Below are positions 9,198 to 18,749 of a stretch of 64,000 nt of DNA, piece after piece. The stretch's first letter is position 1, and each line of letters begins with the position of its first letter. Both the position numbers and the translations under genes were made by a program. The notes below the pieces were generated by a model. That model saw only the letters and a program-made list of their open reading frames with translations. It had not been told where the DNA came from and did not search any database. Source of the DNA: Deinococcales bacterium (GTDB taxonomy: Bacteria > Deinococcota > Deinococci > Deinococcales > JAAFIG01); NCBI GenBank assembly GCA_043778225.1, contig JAYWGM010000032.1, positions 1 to 64,000 on the forward strand. The letters run 5' to 3'.

Positions 9198-9983
9198 TTA
9201 AGCAGCTACCAGCGCCATTTTTTCTATTGGCTCGAGACTCGGCGTGGAGTCCCCGTAGTACAAAGCTCGAGTCAAATCATCAGTCAGGGCGGCGACTGCA
9301 CCATCAAAAATAACTTGCCCTTGTTTAAGTGCCACGACCCGATTGGCATATTCACGCACGGTTCCCAAATAATGGAGGTTGGCGATAACAGTAATACCGT
9401 CCACGACATGAATATCGCGCAGTAACTCCATAACTTGCTCGGAGGATTTTGGGTCAAGGGCGCTGATTGGTTCGTCTGCCAGAATAAATTGTGGTTCTTG
9501 GGCAAGCGCTCTGGCAATACCAACGCGCTGTTGCTGTCCGCCCGAAAGCGTATCCGAGCGCTGCCAAGCGTAATCTGCCATGCCAACACGGTCGAGGATT
9601 TCCAAGCCTCGCTGCATTTCGGCTTTGGCGGGTAAGTGCAATAAACTGCGCCAAGACTCTCGGTAGGCAAGTCTGCCCAGCAGCACATTCTCGAGGGCAG
9701 TCAGGCGCTTAACCAGATTGAATTGCTGAAAAACCATGCCGATTTTTCTGCGTGCCAGTCGAATCTGGGGGTCTCGAGCCGAGGTAATTTCGGTATTGCC
9801 GACTGTAACCTTGCCACGACTTGGACGAATTAAGCCATTCAGCACCCGCATCAAGGTGCTTTTGCCCGCCCCACTTGGTCCGATTAACACCGTGAAGGCT
9901 TGGCTGTCAAAACCAAGACTTACGTCCTGCAAGGCTTTTGTACCATTGGCAAACTGATGGCTGACCCGCTCGAGTTTTAGCAT
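9198..9983 (-). CDS. phnC: Phosphonate ABC transporter ATPase
   Basis: GPSGAGKST, FQQFNLV, LSGGQQQRVGIARAL, ADEPISALDP. Confidence 0.94.
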   Translation of the reverse strand: MLKLERVSHQFANGTKALQDVSLGFDSQAFTVLIGPSGAGKSTLMRVLNGLIRPSRGKVTVGNTEITSARDPQIRLARRKIGMVFQQFNLVKRLTALENVLLGRLAYRESWRSLLHLPAKAEMQRGLEILDRVGMADYAWQRSDTLSGGQQQRVGIARALAQEPQFILADEPISALDPKSSEQVMELLRDIHVVDGITVIANLHYLGTVREYANRVVALKQGQVIFDGAVAALTDDLTRALYYGDSTPSLEPIEKMALVAA

Positions 9984-10104
9984 CTTGACTCACCTTTTGA
10001 CTTATTTTCGGTAGACGTAACGACCCCGTTAAGGTAGGCGTGGCTTGTCAGGAAAAAGTCAGCTTAATCGTATAAGTAAAGACCGTGCTATGCTCTAAAA
10101 GCAA

Positions 10105-11142
10105 ATGATTAAACGAATCATCACCGCCAAAGACATTGCGGCTCGAGTTGGAGTTTCGCAAGCATCAGTTTCGTATGCCCTCAGTCACCGCCTGGACAAA
10201 CGCGCTTTAATTTCTTCAGAAACCCGACTTAAAATACTGCAAGTTGCCGAAGAAGTCGGGTATTTCCCCAATGCCCAAGCCCAAGCCATTCGCACTGGAA
10301 AAACGGGTCTGCTGGCGCTCTGGGTACCCAATTTCACCAACAGTGTCTACCTTCGCACCATGCGGGGTATTCAAGAAGTGGCTTCGGAACATGGTCTGGA
10401 TGTGCTGGTCTATGGTGGAACTGGTATCAGGGGTATGGAAGCGGTGCTGCGTTCGTTTGGGCAACGGCGGGTGGATGGAGCAATCATGATTGCTCGCCCA
10501 CTAGACCAAACCGCCCAACAACTATTGGCACAACTCGAGTTGCCAATTGTTACCATTGGCGGCAGCATGACCTATCCAAACATAGATAGTGTACGAACCC
10601 ACAACGCCAAGGCTTTTGAACAAATGGTGCTGCATTTGGCGGCGCAAGGCTATCAGCGCATTGGACATATTTCTGGTCCACTGACCACCGCCACAGCCCA
10701 AGAACGTTTACAGGGTTATCGGCGTGGTTTAACTGTGGCTGGCTTACCCTACAAAAAAAATTGGATGCGCCAAGGAACATATAAATCTGGTTGTGCCGCT
10801 GGGTTAGCGCTTGAGTTGATTTGCCAAAAAACCCCACCTGATGCCTTGGTCATCGCCAACGACTTAATGGCAATCGAGGCGCTGCTGGGGCTGCACGATG
10901 CGGCTTGGCGAATCCCCCAAGATATGGCAATTGCTGGCTGTGATGATATTCCAGAAGCCGAAGTGGTACGCCCTCGGCTGACCACGATTCGTCGCCCGGG
11001 GTTACGGGCTGCCCAGGTTGCTATGAAACTTTTGCTCGAGCGCTTGGCTGGCTACCGTGGCGAATCCCGAACGGTCTGGTTGGATGCCGAAGTGGTGATT
11101 CGCGGCAGCACGATTCAAGACGCTCAAAACCATACGACCTAG
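10105..11142 (+). CDS. LacI-family transcriptional regulator
   Basis: N-terminal HTH (TAKDIAARVGVSQASVS), YFPNAQA hinge, periplasmic-binding-like domain. Confidence 0.93.
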   Translation: MIKRIITAKDIAARVGVSQASVSYALSHRLDKRALISSETRLKILQVAEEVGYFPNAQAQAIRTGKTGLLALWVPNFTNSVYLRTMRGIQEVASEHGLDVLVYGGTGIRGMEAVLRSFGQRRVDGAIMIARPLDQTAQQLLAQLELPIVTIGGSMTYPNIDSVRTHNAKAFEQMVLHLAAQGYQRIGHISGPLTTATAQERLQGYRRGLTVAGLPYKKNWMRQGTYKSGCAAGLALELICQKTPPDALVIANDLMAIEALLGLHDAAWRIPQDMAIAGCDDIPEAEVVRPRLTTIRRPGLRAAQVAMKLLLERLAGYRGESRTVWLDAEVVIRGSTIQDAQNHTT

Positions 11143-11249
11143 TGGGTCATTCGACAACGAGAAAAGAGAAAAGAGGAAGGAGAAAAGCTGTGTTATAGGC
11201 TATTCTCAAGATAACTCAGAGTGCACCCGCAAACTGAATGACCCACTAG
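11139..11249. mobile_element. MITE-like element with 14-bp terminal inverted repeats
   Basis: CTAGTGGGTCATTC...GAATGACCCACTAG; a related right end occurs at 25755-25820. Confidence 0.65.
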
Positions 11250-11344
11250 CCTTTAATAGATTGTCATGGTTATGTGACTTGCAGGTGGCTGACAAATGAC
11301 CATTAGATTTCCCGAAGACTAAAGAAGTCAAAAAGGCATCGGTC

Positions 11345-12136
11345 ATGATTCGTCTTGAAAATATCAATCATACTTACCCAAATGGAACTCATGCGCTGCG
11401 GGGTATCAACCTCGAGATTGGCGCAGAGGCATTTACGGTTTTAATTGGTCCGAGCGGTGCGGGAAAAAGTTCGTTGATGCGAATCTTAAATGGTTTGGTG
11501 CGCCCAAGTTCTGGACAGGTTTTTATTGATGGCTTAGAAGTCAGCCGTGCCAAAGCCAGCCAAGTTTTAGCTGCCCGACGCAAAATCGGTATGGTATTCC
11601 AGCAGTTTAACTTGGTTAAACGCCTGACTGCCTTAGAAAATGTGCTGATTGGACGGCTTGGTGTAATGCCAACTTGGCGCTCCACGATTCGTCTATACAC
11701 TCGAGAAGACCGCCAATTGGCGTTTGCGGCACTCGAGCGAGTCGGAATGCAGGATTATGCTTGGCAGCGCTCGGACACCCTGTCTGGTGGGCAGCAGCAA
11801 CGGGTTGGGATTGCTCGAGCCTTGGCGCAACAACCCAAACTGATTTTAGCCGATGAACCCATTAGCGCCCTTGATCCAAAATCCTCGGAGCAAGTCATGG
11901 GTTTGCTGCGCGACATTCAAAGTAAAGATGGAATTGCGGTGATTGCCAATTTGCATCATTTGGATGCGGTGCGTGAATACGCCGAGCGAGTCGTGGCATT
12001 GCAGCGCGGCACAGTGGTTTTTGATGGGCAACCCAGCGCCCTAACCGAAAGCGTGACTCGAGCCTTGTACTACGAAGAAGAAAAAGCTCTTCAATCCATC
12101 CCAGACATTATCCCCAATACTTTAATGACCGCCTAG
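11345..12136 (+). CDS. phnC: Phosphonate ABC transporter ATPase (second copy)
   Basis: Close paralogue of 9198-9983 with the same motifs. Confidence 0.93.
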   Translation: MIRLENINHTYPNGTHALRGINLEIGAEAFTVLIGPSGAGKSSLMRILNGLVRPSSGQVFIDGLEVSRAKASQVLAARRKIGMVFQQFNLVKRLTALENVLIGRLGVMPTWRSTIRLYTREDRQLAFAALERVGMQDYAWQRSDTLSGGQQQRVGIARALAQQPKLILADEPISALDPKSSEQVMGLLRDIQSKDGIAVIANLHHLDAVREYAERVVALQRGTVVFDGQPSALTESVTRALYYEEEKALQSIPDIIPNTLMTA

Positions 12137-12144
12137 GAGAAAAT

Positions 12145-13017
12145 ATGAAAAAAGTTCTTGTTGCCGCCTTTGGAATTGCCGCCCTCACTGCGCTTGGAGT
12201 CTCGAGCGCCCAAACCAACCGCGCTGATTGGCCCAGCGAAATCACGATTGCTACCGTACCCGTCGAGACCAGCCGCGATGCTACCGAACGCTTTAAGCCA
12301 TTCATTACTTACATGGAAAAGAATTTGCGCCTAAAAATCAATTTCCGCAATGGTGCGGATTACGCTGCCGTGATTGTCGCCATGGGTGCTAAACAAGTGG
12401 ATTTGGCATTTTTTGGACCCAGCAGTTATTTGGATGCCGAAGACCGCGCTAATGCCGAAGCCTTTGTCAAAGAAAACAGCATCTCGAGTGGTACAGGTTA
12501 CTACAGCCTTGTGCTGGCTAAAGCAGGCAGTAACTTAAAAACCATGAAAGATGCTCAAGGCGCAGAATTTGCTTTTGTAGACCCGAGCAGCACCAGTGGT
12601 TTTCGTGTCCCGATGTTTAGCTTCTGCACCGAACTTAAAATCGAACCAGAAACCTACTTTAAGCGCGTCTACTTTGCTGGCACACACGAAAACGTCATTC
12701 TTGGTATTGCCAATGGTAGAATTGCCATTGGTGCAACCAATGATGTCAGCTTAGATGCCGCGATCAACAAGGGAATCGTTAAAAAAACCGATTTCCAAAC
12801 TGTTTATAAATCCAAGAAAATCCCAGCTTCGCCCGTGGCTTACCGCAAAGACCTTCCCGAAAGCCTCAAAGCCCAGATTAAATCGGCATTTTTACGCTTT
12901 CGTGACCCAGCTTTTTTGAATGCCAGTGGAATCACTGGTTACGTCAGCACCTCGAGCAAAGACTACCAACCATTTCGTCAAATTAACGCCTATAGAAGCT
13001 CGACTTGCTTAAAATAA
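12145..13017 (+). CDS. phnD: Phosphonate ABC substrate-binding protein (second copy)
   Basis: Signal peptide, GADYAAVI, DPSSTSGF, AGTHE. Confidence 0.92.
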   Translation: MKKVLVAAFGIAALTALGVSSAQTNRADWPSEITIATVPVETSRDATERFKPFITYMEKNLRLKINFRNGADYAAVIVAMGAKQVDLAFFGPSSYLDAEDRANAEAFVKENSISSGTGYYSLVLAKAGSNLKTMKDAQGAEFAFVDPSSTSGFRVPMFSFCTELKIEPETYFKRVYFAGTHENVILGIANGRIAIGATNDVSLDAAINKGIVKKTDFQTVYKSKKIPASPVAYRKDLPESLKAQIKSAFLRFRDPAFLNASGITGYVSTSSKDYQPFRQINAYRSSTCLK

Positions 13018-13028
13018 ACTTCTTCTTC

Positions 13029-13060
13029 GCGTCTGCTAGGCGAATAACTTAGCAGACGCG
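13029..13060 (+). terminator. Intergenic hairpin after phnD2
   Basis: GCGTCTGCTA...TAGCAGACGC inverted repeat; may act in stabilisation or attenuation. Confidence 0.55.
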
Positions 13061-13128
13061 CCTTCCTCCTCTTTTACCTTGAAGACCTCGAGCCGATACC
13101 GCTCGAGGTCGCAACGTTAGGAACAACC

Positions 13129-13950
13129 ATGATTGCAAACCTCAATATCGAAGCACCCGCAAAAGTAGTGCAACAACGACTTTGGACTCGAGTTATCTGG
13201 CTTGGCATTGCTGGGCTGTTGTTTTGGGCAACTTTTGGCACAGAATTAAGTATTGCTAAACTCATTTCTGGTTTTGGCGAATCACAAAAACTCTTGTTTG
13301 GCACTACTGAACGCCCTGACAGTGGGTTTTTTCCACCAGACTTTACTCGAGGCTGGGTTTTTATTGACCAAATGCTTCTAACCGTCAAAATGGCAATTTG
13401 GGGAACGGTGCTGGCTGCCATGGCTGCCCTTCCTATTTCGATTCTGGCAGCCGCCAATACTGCCCCCAACAAAGTGATTTACCAAATCGCAAGGCGAATT
13501 TTAGATGTACTGCGCGGCTTAAATGAATTTGTCTTAGCACTGATTTTTGTGGCAGCCGTTGGCTTAGGACCCTTTCCTGGGATTCTGGCATTGGCGGTTC
13601 ACACCACGGGTGTGCTGGCTAAACTCTATGCCGAAGCCATCGAAGTCGTGGACACAGGGCAAATCGAAGCGGTACAAGCCAGTGGTGCAAATCCAATTCA
13701 AGTCTTTACGCACGCAATTTTCCCGCAAATTGTACCAACGGTTGTATCCATGACCTTGTACCGTTTTGAAAGCAATGTCCGTGCTGCCAGTGTACTTGGT
13801 TTGGTTGGCGCTGGTGGGATTGGATTATTTGTGACCGAAACGATGCGGAGTTTTAATTTTAAGGAAGCCAGTGCAGTTTTAATCGTGATTTTAGTAGCCG
13901 TGTTCTTGGTGGATTTTATCTCGGCTAAAATAAGGGCGAAACTAACATGA
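13129..13950 (+). CDS. phnE: Phosphonate ABC permease (second copy)
   Basis: ALIFVAAVGLGPFPGILAL, GLVGAGGIG. Confidence 0.92.
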   Translation: MIANLNIEAPAKVVQQRLWTRVIWLGIAGLLFWATFGTELSIAKLISGFGESQKLLFGTTERPDSGFFPPDFTRGWVFIDQMLLTVKMAIWGTVLAAMAALPISILAAANTAPNKVIYQIARRILDVLRGLNEFVLALIFVAAVGLGPFPGILALAVHTTGVLAKLYAEAIEVVDTGQIEAVQASGANPIQVFTHAIFPQIVPTVVSMTLYRFESNVRAASVLGLVGAGGIGLFVTETMRSFNFKEASAVLIVILVAVFLVDFISAKIRAKLT

Positions 13951-15074
13951 ATATCTGGCTCGAGAACGCAAAAATAGTGCTACCAGACCAAACTTTAGAG
14001 CATGGTCATGTTCGTTTAGAAGATGGTTTTATTGCCGAAATTACCGACGTGCTGCCGCACCATAATCTCAAAAGCCTCGATTTAAGTGGTTGTACTTTAC
14101 TGCCCGGGATTGTGGATATTCACGGCGATATGCTTGAACGCGAACTCGAGCCTCGTCCAAACACGCAGTTTCCCACCGAAATTGCCTTAGTCGAACTCGA
14201 TAAACGCCTAGCCAGTAATGGCATTACCACTGCCTATGCCGCCGTTGCCCTAGCCGATGGTCCTGGGCTGCGTTCCGAAGCTCGAGCCGAGAATTTAATC
14301 AAAGCCATCGAACAAGCCAAACACCAACTTCGTACCAAAATACTGATTCATGTGCGCTTTGAAATCAGTGTGCCAAGTGGCGTACCAATGCTGAAGCGCT
14401 TACTCGAGCAAAATCTTGTGCAAATGGTTTCGTTAATGGATCACACGCCCGGACAAGGACAATTTAGAAACCTCGAGTATTATGTCGAATACATGACCAA
14501 ATGGCTAGGCGGCAACCGCCAAGCTGCCGAGGAGACCGCCAAAGCTCACCTCGAGACCCCAATCAGTTGGGAAGTTGCCCAAGGTATTACCGATTTGGCT
14601 CGAGCCAAAGGCATACCGCTTGCCTCACACGACGATGACACGCCCGAAAAAATTGCGGTGATGCACCAAATGGGGGTGGGAATAGCCGAGTTTCCAGTCA
14701 CACTCGAGGCTGCCAGTGCCGCCCATGATATGGGCTTAAAAGTGATTATGGGCGCACCAAACGCCCTGCGTGGCGGCAGTCACTCAGGTAATTTATCGGC
14801 ACTCGAGGGCATAAAAGCAGGTGTGGTGCATGGCTTGTGTGCCGATTATCACCCTGCCAGTTTGCTTCATGCCGCCCTGCGAATGGCAAACGAAGGTATG
14901 GCGCTTCATCGAGCAGTTGAACTGATTACGTTGCAACCTGCACTAGCGGCTGGGTTAGACAATACTGGAGCAATCAAAACTGGGCTTCAAGCCGATTTAA
15001 CTTTGCTGCGCGGTTCTCGAGTCAGTGCAACTTGGCGGGCTGGGCAACTGATTTACGCTGATTCAGTGCATTAA
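13947..15074 (+). CDS. phnM: PhnM (second copy)
   Basis: DIHGDMLE, DHTPGQGQF, SHDDD, MGAPN. Confidence 0.9.
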   Translation: MNIWLENAKIVLPDQTLEHGHVRLEDGFIAEITDVLPHHNLKSLDLSGCTLLPGIVDIHGDMLERELEPRPNTQFPTEIALVELDKRLASNGITTAYAAVALADGPGLRSEARAENLIKAIEQAKHQLRTKILIHVRFEISVPSGVPMLKRLLEQNLVQMVSLMDHTPGQGQFRNLEYYVEYMTKWLGGNRQAAEETAKAHLETPISWEVAQGITDLARAKGIPLASHDDDTPEKIAVMHQMGVGIAEFPVTLEAASAAHDMGLKVIMGAPNALRGGSHSGNLSALEGIKAGVVHGLCADYHPASLLHAALRMANEGMALHRAVELITLQPALAAGLDNTGAIKTGLQADLTLLRGSRVSATWRAGQLIYADSVH

Positions 15075-15260
15075 AAACCTCGTTGGATTCGAGCAGCAAA
15101 AAGGCGAATGCGTCCCCATGTTCTCTTTTGGTGTTGTTTGAATTTACTCAAATCTTAAAATTTTAGACTCAAGTCCAGTTAGCTTTTTGAGATTGAACCT
15201 TTCGGTTTTGGCTTCCGTAATTTAGTCAGTTAGCTAACTTCTAACTTATTCGGAGGAATT

Positions 15261-15839
15261 ATGAACCCAATCAACGTGGCAACGATTCGACCTGCACTCC
15301 TTGCCCTAATGACCGCAGCCCTGACCATATCAGCCCTTGCTGCCAATCCTAGCTACCAAGTCGCCACCACCCCAGCCGCAACGGCTGAATTCAATTTCAG
15401 TGTGACCCTTATCCCTATTCCAGGTCGGATCAATGCCGTCAGCGCCAACCTTTACTTCGACCCAAAGAACCTTGGTAAAACCAGTGGCACAGTCAGTGTT
15501 GCCCTTGCCAAACTCGACACTGGAATAGGACTGCGCGACGAACACGGACGCGGCTTTCTAGGCGCAGAAAAACACCCCAATGCAATCTTTACCGTAACCA
15601 GTATCAGTGGCACAAAAACCCTCGAGAAGAACAAAGAAATCAAAGCCACCGCCAACGGAAAATTCAACATTAATGGCATTAACAAACCACTCAGCGCCCC
15701 AATCACCCTGAAATTCGATGGCACTCGAGTCAACGTTAGCACTGCTTTTAACATCACCCTTAGCGACCACAACATCAGCATCCCTGGTTCAGATCCAAAA
15801 GTCGCCGTCAAAGTCAACTTCACCCTCGAACCTAAGTAA
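15261..15839 (+). CDS. Secreted YceI-family protein
   Basis: Signal peptide, LDTGIGLRDEH, HPNAIF, GKFNINGI. Confidence 0.85.
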   Translation: MNPINVATIRPALLALMTAALTISALAANPSYQVATTPAATAEFNFSVTLIPIPGRINAVSANLYFDPKNLGKTSGTVSVALAKLDTGIGLRDEHGRGFLGAEKHPNAIFTVTSISGTKTLEKNKEIKATANGKFNINGINKPLSAPITLKFDGTRVNVSTAFNITLSDHNISIPGSDPKVAVKVNFTLEPK

Positions 15840-15891
15840 AAATCAGCAATCAAAAGCCCTCTCTCGTTCAAAAACCAATCAGGAGTTCATC

Positions 15892-16332
15892 ATGAAAATC
15901 AACCAAGTTCTGACATCCATCCTCACAGTTTTCGCCTTTGGTGCAGCCATACTTGCCAATGCCCAAATCATGCAATCTGACACCATGAGCAGCGTCTTAC
16001 AAAGCACCAAATTAATTGCTGTTGGCGCTCCAACCACTGGCACACTCGAGATTGTCAAATCAGCCAATGGCAACCGAGTTTTAAACCTGAAAAACATCAA
16101 AACCGAAGCAGGACCCGACCTTCACGTCTACCTGTACGCTGGCAATATCCCAAGTAAAGAAGCCAAGAACATCAAAACCGTTAAGTACGTAGATTTAGGC
16201 AAATTGGCGGCACCATTTAAAGGCAACTACAGCTATAAAATCCCAGCTAACACTAACCTCGAGCAATTCAAAAGCGTAGTCATCTGGTGCGACGTTGCCA
16301 AAGTGACCTTTGCAGGAGCAAAACTCAAATAA
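15892..16332 (+). CDS. Secreted DM13-domain protein
   Basis: GPDLHVYL, DLGKL, GNYSYKIP, SVVIWC; AGGAG RBS. Confidence 0.85.
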   Translation: MKINQVLTSILTVFAFGAAILANAQIMQSDTMSSVLQSTKLIAVGAPTTGTLEIVKSANGNRVLNLKNIKTEAGPDLHVYLYAGNIPSKEAKNIKTVKYVDLGKLAAPFKGNYSYKIPANTNLEQFKSVVIWCDVAKVTFAGAKLK

Positions 16333-16397
16333 CCAAATCGTGCTGCGTTCGTTTACCACCACTTTCTCAACTCGAGACACCTTTTAGGAGATTGATC

Positions 16398-16859
16398 ATG
16401 AATATCAAAAAAACCGTTGTTGCTTTTATCGCCGCTACCAGCTTTGCTGCTGCCGTAATCCCAAGTTTTGTTGCCAATGCCCAAACCATTCAAACCGTAA
16501 CCACTGTTGAAACTGTTCTGAACTTTGCAAAACTGACCAGCGTTGCCGCCCCAACCACAGGCACAGTCGCTATTGTCAAAAAAACCGATGGCAGCACTGT
16601 ATTGCGTCTACAAAACCTCAAAACCGAAGTTGGACCTGATTTACACGTCTACTTGTACGCTGCTGCGCTACCAAGCAAAGATGCCAAACCAGCCGATGTT
16701 AGAGCCGTCAAGTACATTGACCTTGGGAAACTCCCAGCCCCTTTTAGTGGTTACTACGAATATAAAATCCCAGTAGGCACAGACTTAAATGCCTTTAAAA
16801 GCGCCATCATTTGGTGTGATCTAGCAGGCGTTACTTTTGGTGGTGCAACCCTGAACTAA
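16398..16859 (+). CDS. Secreted DM13-domain protein (paralogue)
   Basis: GPDLHVYL, DLGKL, SAIIWC; AGGAG RBS. Confidence 0.85.
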   Translation: MNIKKTVVAFIAATSFAAAVIPSFVANAQTIQTVTTVETVLNFAKLTSVAAPTTGTVAIVKKTDGSTVLRLQNLKTEVGPDLHVYLYAAALPSKDAKPADVRAVKYIDLGKLPAPFSGYYEYKIPVGTDLNAFKSAIIWCDLAGVTFGGATLN

Positions 16860-16986
16860 AACCAAATTCACAAACCTTCCCTCGAGAAAACACTGGCTCG
16901 AGGGAAAACCTATTTGCACCATAAAATTTGACAATCCAATCGCAACCTTGCAAACTAAACAAATTCGTTCTATCAAGGTGATAACG

Positions 16987-17613
16987 TTGACCACTGTCCT
17001 CGAAAAACCAAATAGCAAAAGCACGGTTAAACAACGTCTGCTCGGGGCAGCCATGACCCTTTATCATCAGCATGGCATTGCCACCACAACCATTGCTGAT
17101 ATTGCCTTAACTGCCAATGTACCACTAGGCAATGTCTACTATCATTTCAAAAGTAAAGAAGCCCTAATCAGCGCAGTGATTGCTGCTAGACGCAAAGAAG
17201 TCCAAGCCGAACTTGAACTTGCTGGCTGCGAAGCCAATCCACTTGAACGCCTACGTTCCTTAATCAAAGATTCGCATAATAACCGCGAATTACTCACTGC
17301 CCATGGTTGCCCATATGCGTCTTTAGCCCAAGGATTACGTGACACAGGTGGAATTCTAGCCGAACAAGCCGGTGAATTACTGGGTTTACACATCGAATTT
17401 GCCGAACAGCAATTTATACTGCTCCAGAACCCTCAAGCCCAAGCATTAGCAGCAGATTTCATCGCTAGGTTATATGGGGCGTATACCCTAGCCAACGCCA
17501 TGAATAACCCAATCTTTTTGGATCAGCAACTCGAACGAATAGAAACGTGGCTCGAGCAAGCAGCCTCTGAACAAACTAAATGGTCAAACCCAACTCAAGG
17601 CAGCCTAAAATAG
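16987..17613 (+). CDS. TetR/AcrR-family regulator
   Basis: TTIADIA, GNVYYHFKSKEAL, HGCP. Start uncertain (TTG at 16987 or 16948). Confidence 0.88.
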   Translation: MTTVLEKPNSKSTVKQRLLGAAMTLYHQHGIATTTIADIALTANVPLGNVYYHFKSKEALISAVIAARRKEVQAELELAGCEANPLERLRSLIKDSHNNRELLTAHGCPYASLAQGLRDTGGILAEQAGELLGLHIEFAEQQFILLQNPQAQALAADFIARLYGAYTLANAMNNPIFLDQQLERIETWLEQAASEQTKWSNPTQGSLK

Positions 17614-17848
17614 TAAAACTATATTTTATTTTAATATTCAATCAGTTTGTGAAATTTTTGAATTGGTAAAGTTATATTTTATTCGGGCTGAAATTCCAAA
17701 TGCTTCTATAACGTGTAGCTTTCAAGCACTCAGTTAGACTTTTTATTCGTTTCCCACATCTCAAGAATAATAAAGTTCTTCACTTGGTAATAAAGTTCTT
17801 TACCAAGTGATAAATATTTTTACTCTTTGCTCGAGTTTTGGAATTGAA

Positions 17849-18697
17849 TTAACCCTTTTTTCTCATGACCTCGAGCATATCCCATTGTTCTTTGGTCACT
17901 TCATCCAGAACGTTAAACTCCCCACCTGTCCAAGCGGTTTCCCCACCATCTATGGTAAAGACACTGCCAGTCACAAAACTCGAGTAATCGCTCACCAAGT
18001 AACTTGCCATGTTTGCCAGTTCGATGTGTTCGCCCATGCGCCGCAAAGGAATTTGGCGTTCAAACAAATGCTCGAGTTCCTTACTTGGCATCAACCGACT
18101 CCAAGCGCCTTCGGTCGGAAACGGACCGGGCGCAATCGCATTTAATCTAATTTTGTACTTGCCCCATTCGGCAGCAAGGCTTTTGGTCATGGCAACCACA
18201 CCAGCCTTAGCGGCAGCGCTTGGCACAACATAGCCACTGCCCGAACCCGCGTAAGTTGTGGCGATGTTCAGTACGTTGCCAGCAATTCCAGCTTCTATCC
18301 AGCGTTTGCCTAGCTCAAGCGTACAGTAAAACGTTCCGTGCAGCACAATACCCAGCACTGCATCCACGGCTCGGTGCGAAAGGCGTTCGGTCGGCGAGAT
18401 AAAATTCCCAGCCGCGTTATTGAGCAGCACATCAATTCGCCCATAATGCGCCCAGACTTCATCTATCATTCGCTTCACGGCTTCGGGGTCGCGGACATCC
18501 ACGCCAGTCGTAAAAACTTCGCCGCCGTGTTTAGCTGTCATTTGTTTGGCAACATCCTCGAGCATTTCTTTGCGTCTCGAGGTGATTGCCACTTTTGCCC
18601 CGAGTTCTAAAAAACGCTCGGTCATACTGCGTCCTAAGCCTGTGCCGCCGCCGGTAACAAGGATAACCTTGCCCACTAAAGAGTCTGGTAATAACAT
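17849..18697 (-). CDS. SDR oxidoreductase, 2,4-dienoyl-CoA reductase-like
   Basis: TGGGTGLG, NNAAGNF, SAAAKAGV, IAPGPF. Confidence 0.88.
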   Translation of the reverse strand: MLLPDSLVGKVILVTGGGTGLGRSMTERFLELGAKVAITSRRKEMLEDVAKQMTAKHGGEVFTTGVDVRDPEAVKRMIDEVWAHYGRIDVLLNNAAGNFISPTERLSHRAVDAVLGIVLHGTFYCTLELGKRWIEAGIAGNVLNIATTYAGSGSGYVVPSAAAKAGVVAMTKSLAAEWGKYKIRLNAIAPGPFPTEGAWSRLMPSKELEHLFERQIPLRRMGEHIELANMASYLVSDYSSFVTGSVFTIDGGETAWTGGEFNVLDEVTKEQWDMLEVMRKKG

Positions 18698-18749
18698 GAG
18701 GTCTCTATACTACTCGAGAAACGCAGGGTGGTATGCCAGATTCTTAGGT

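Noticed and set aside
17766..17810. TAATAAAGTTCTT direct repeat with an 11-bp inverted repeat
   Set aside because: Most simply a terminator region between convergent genes.
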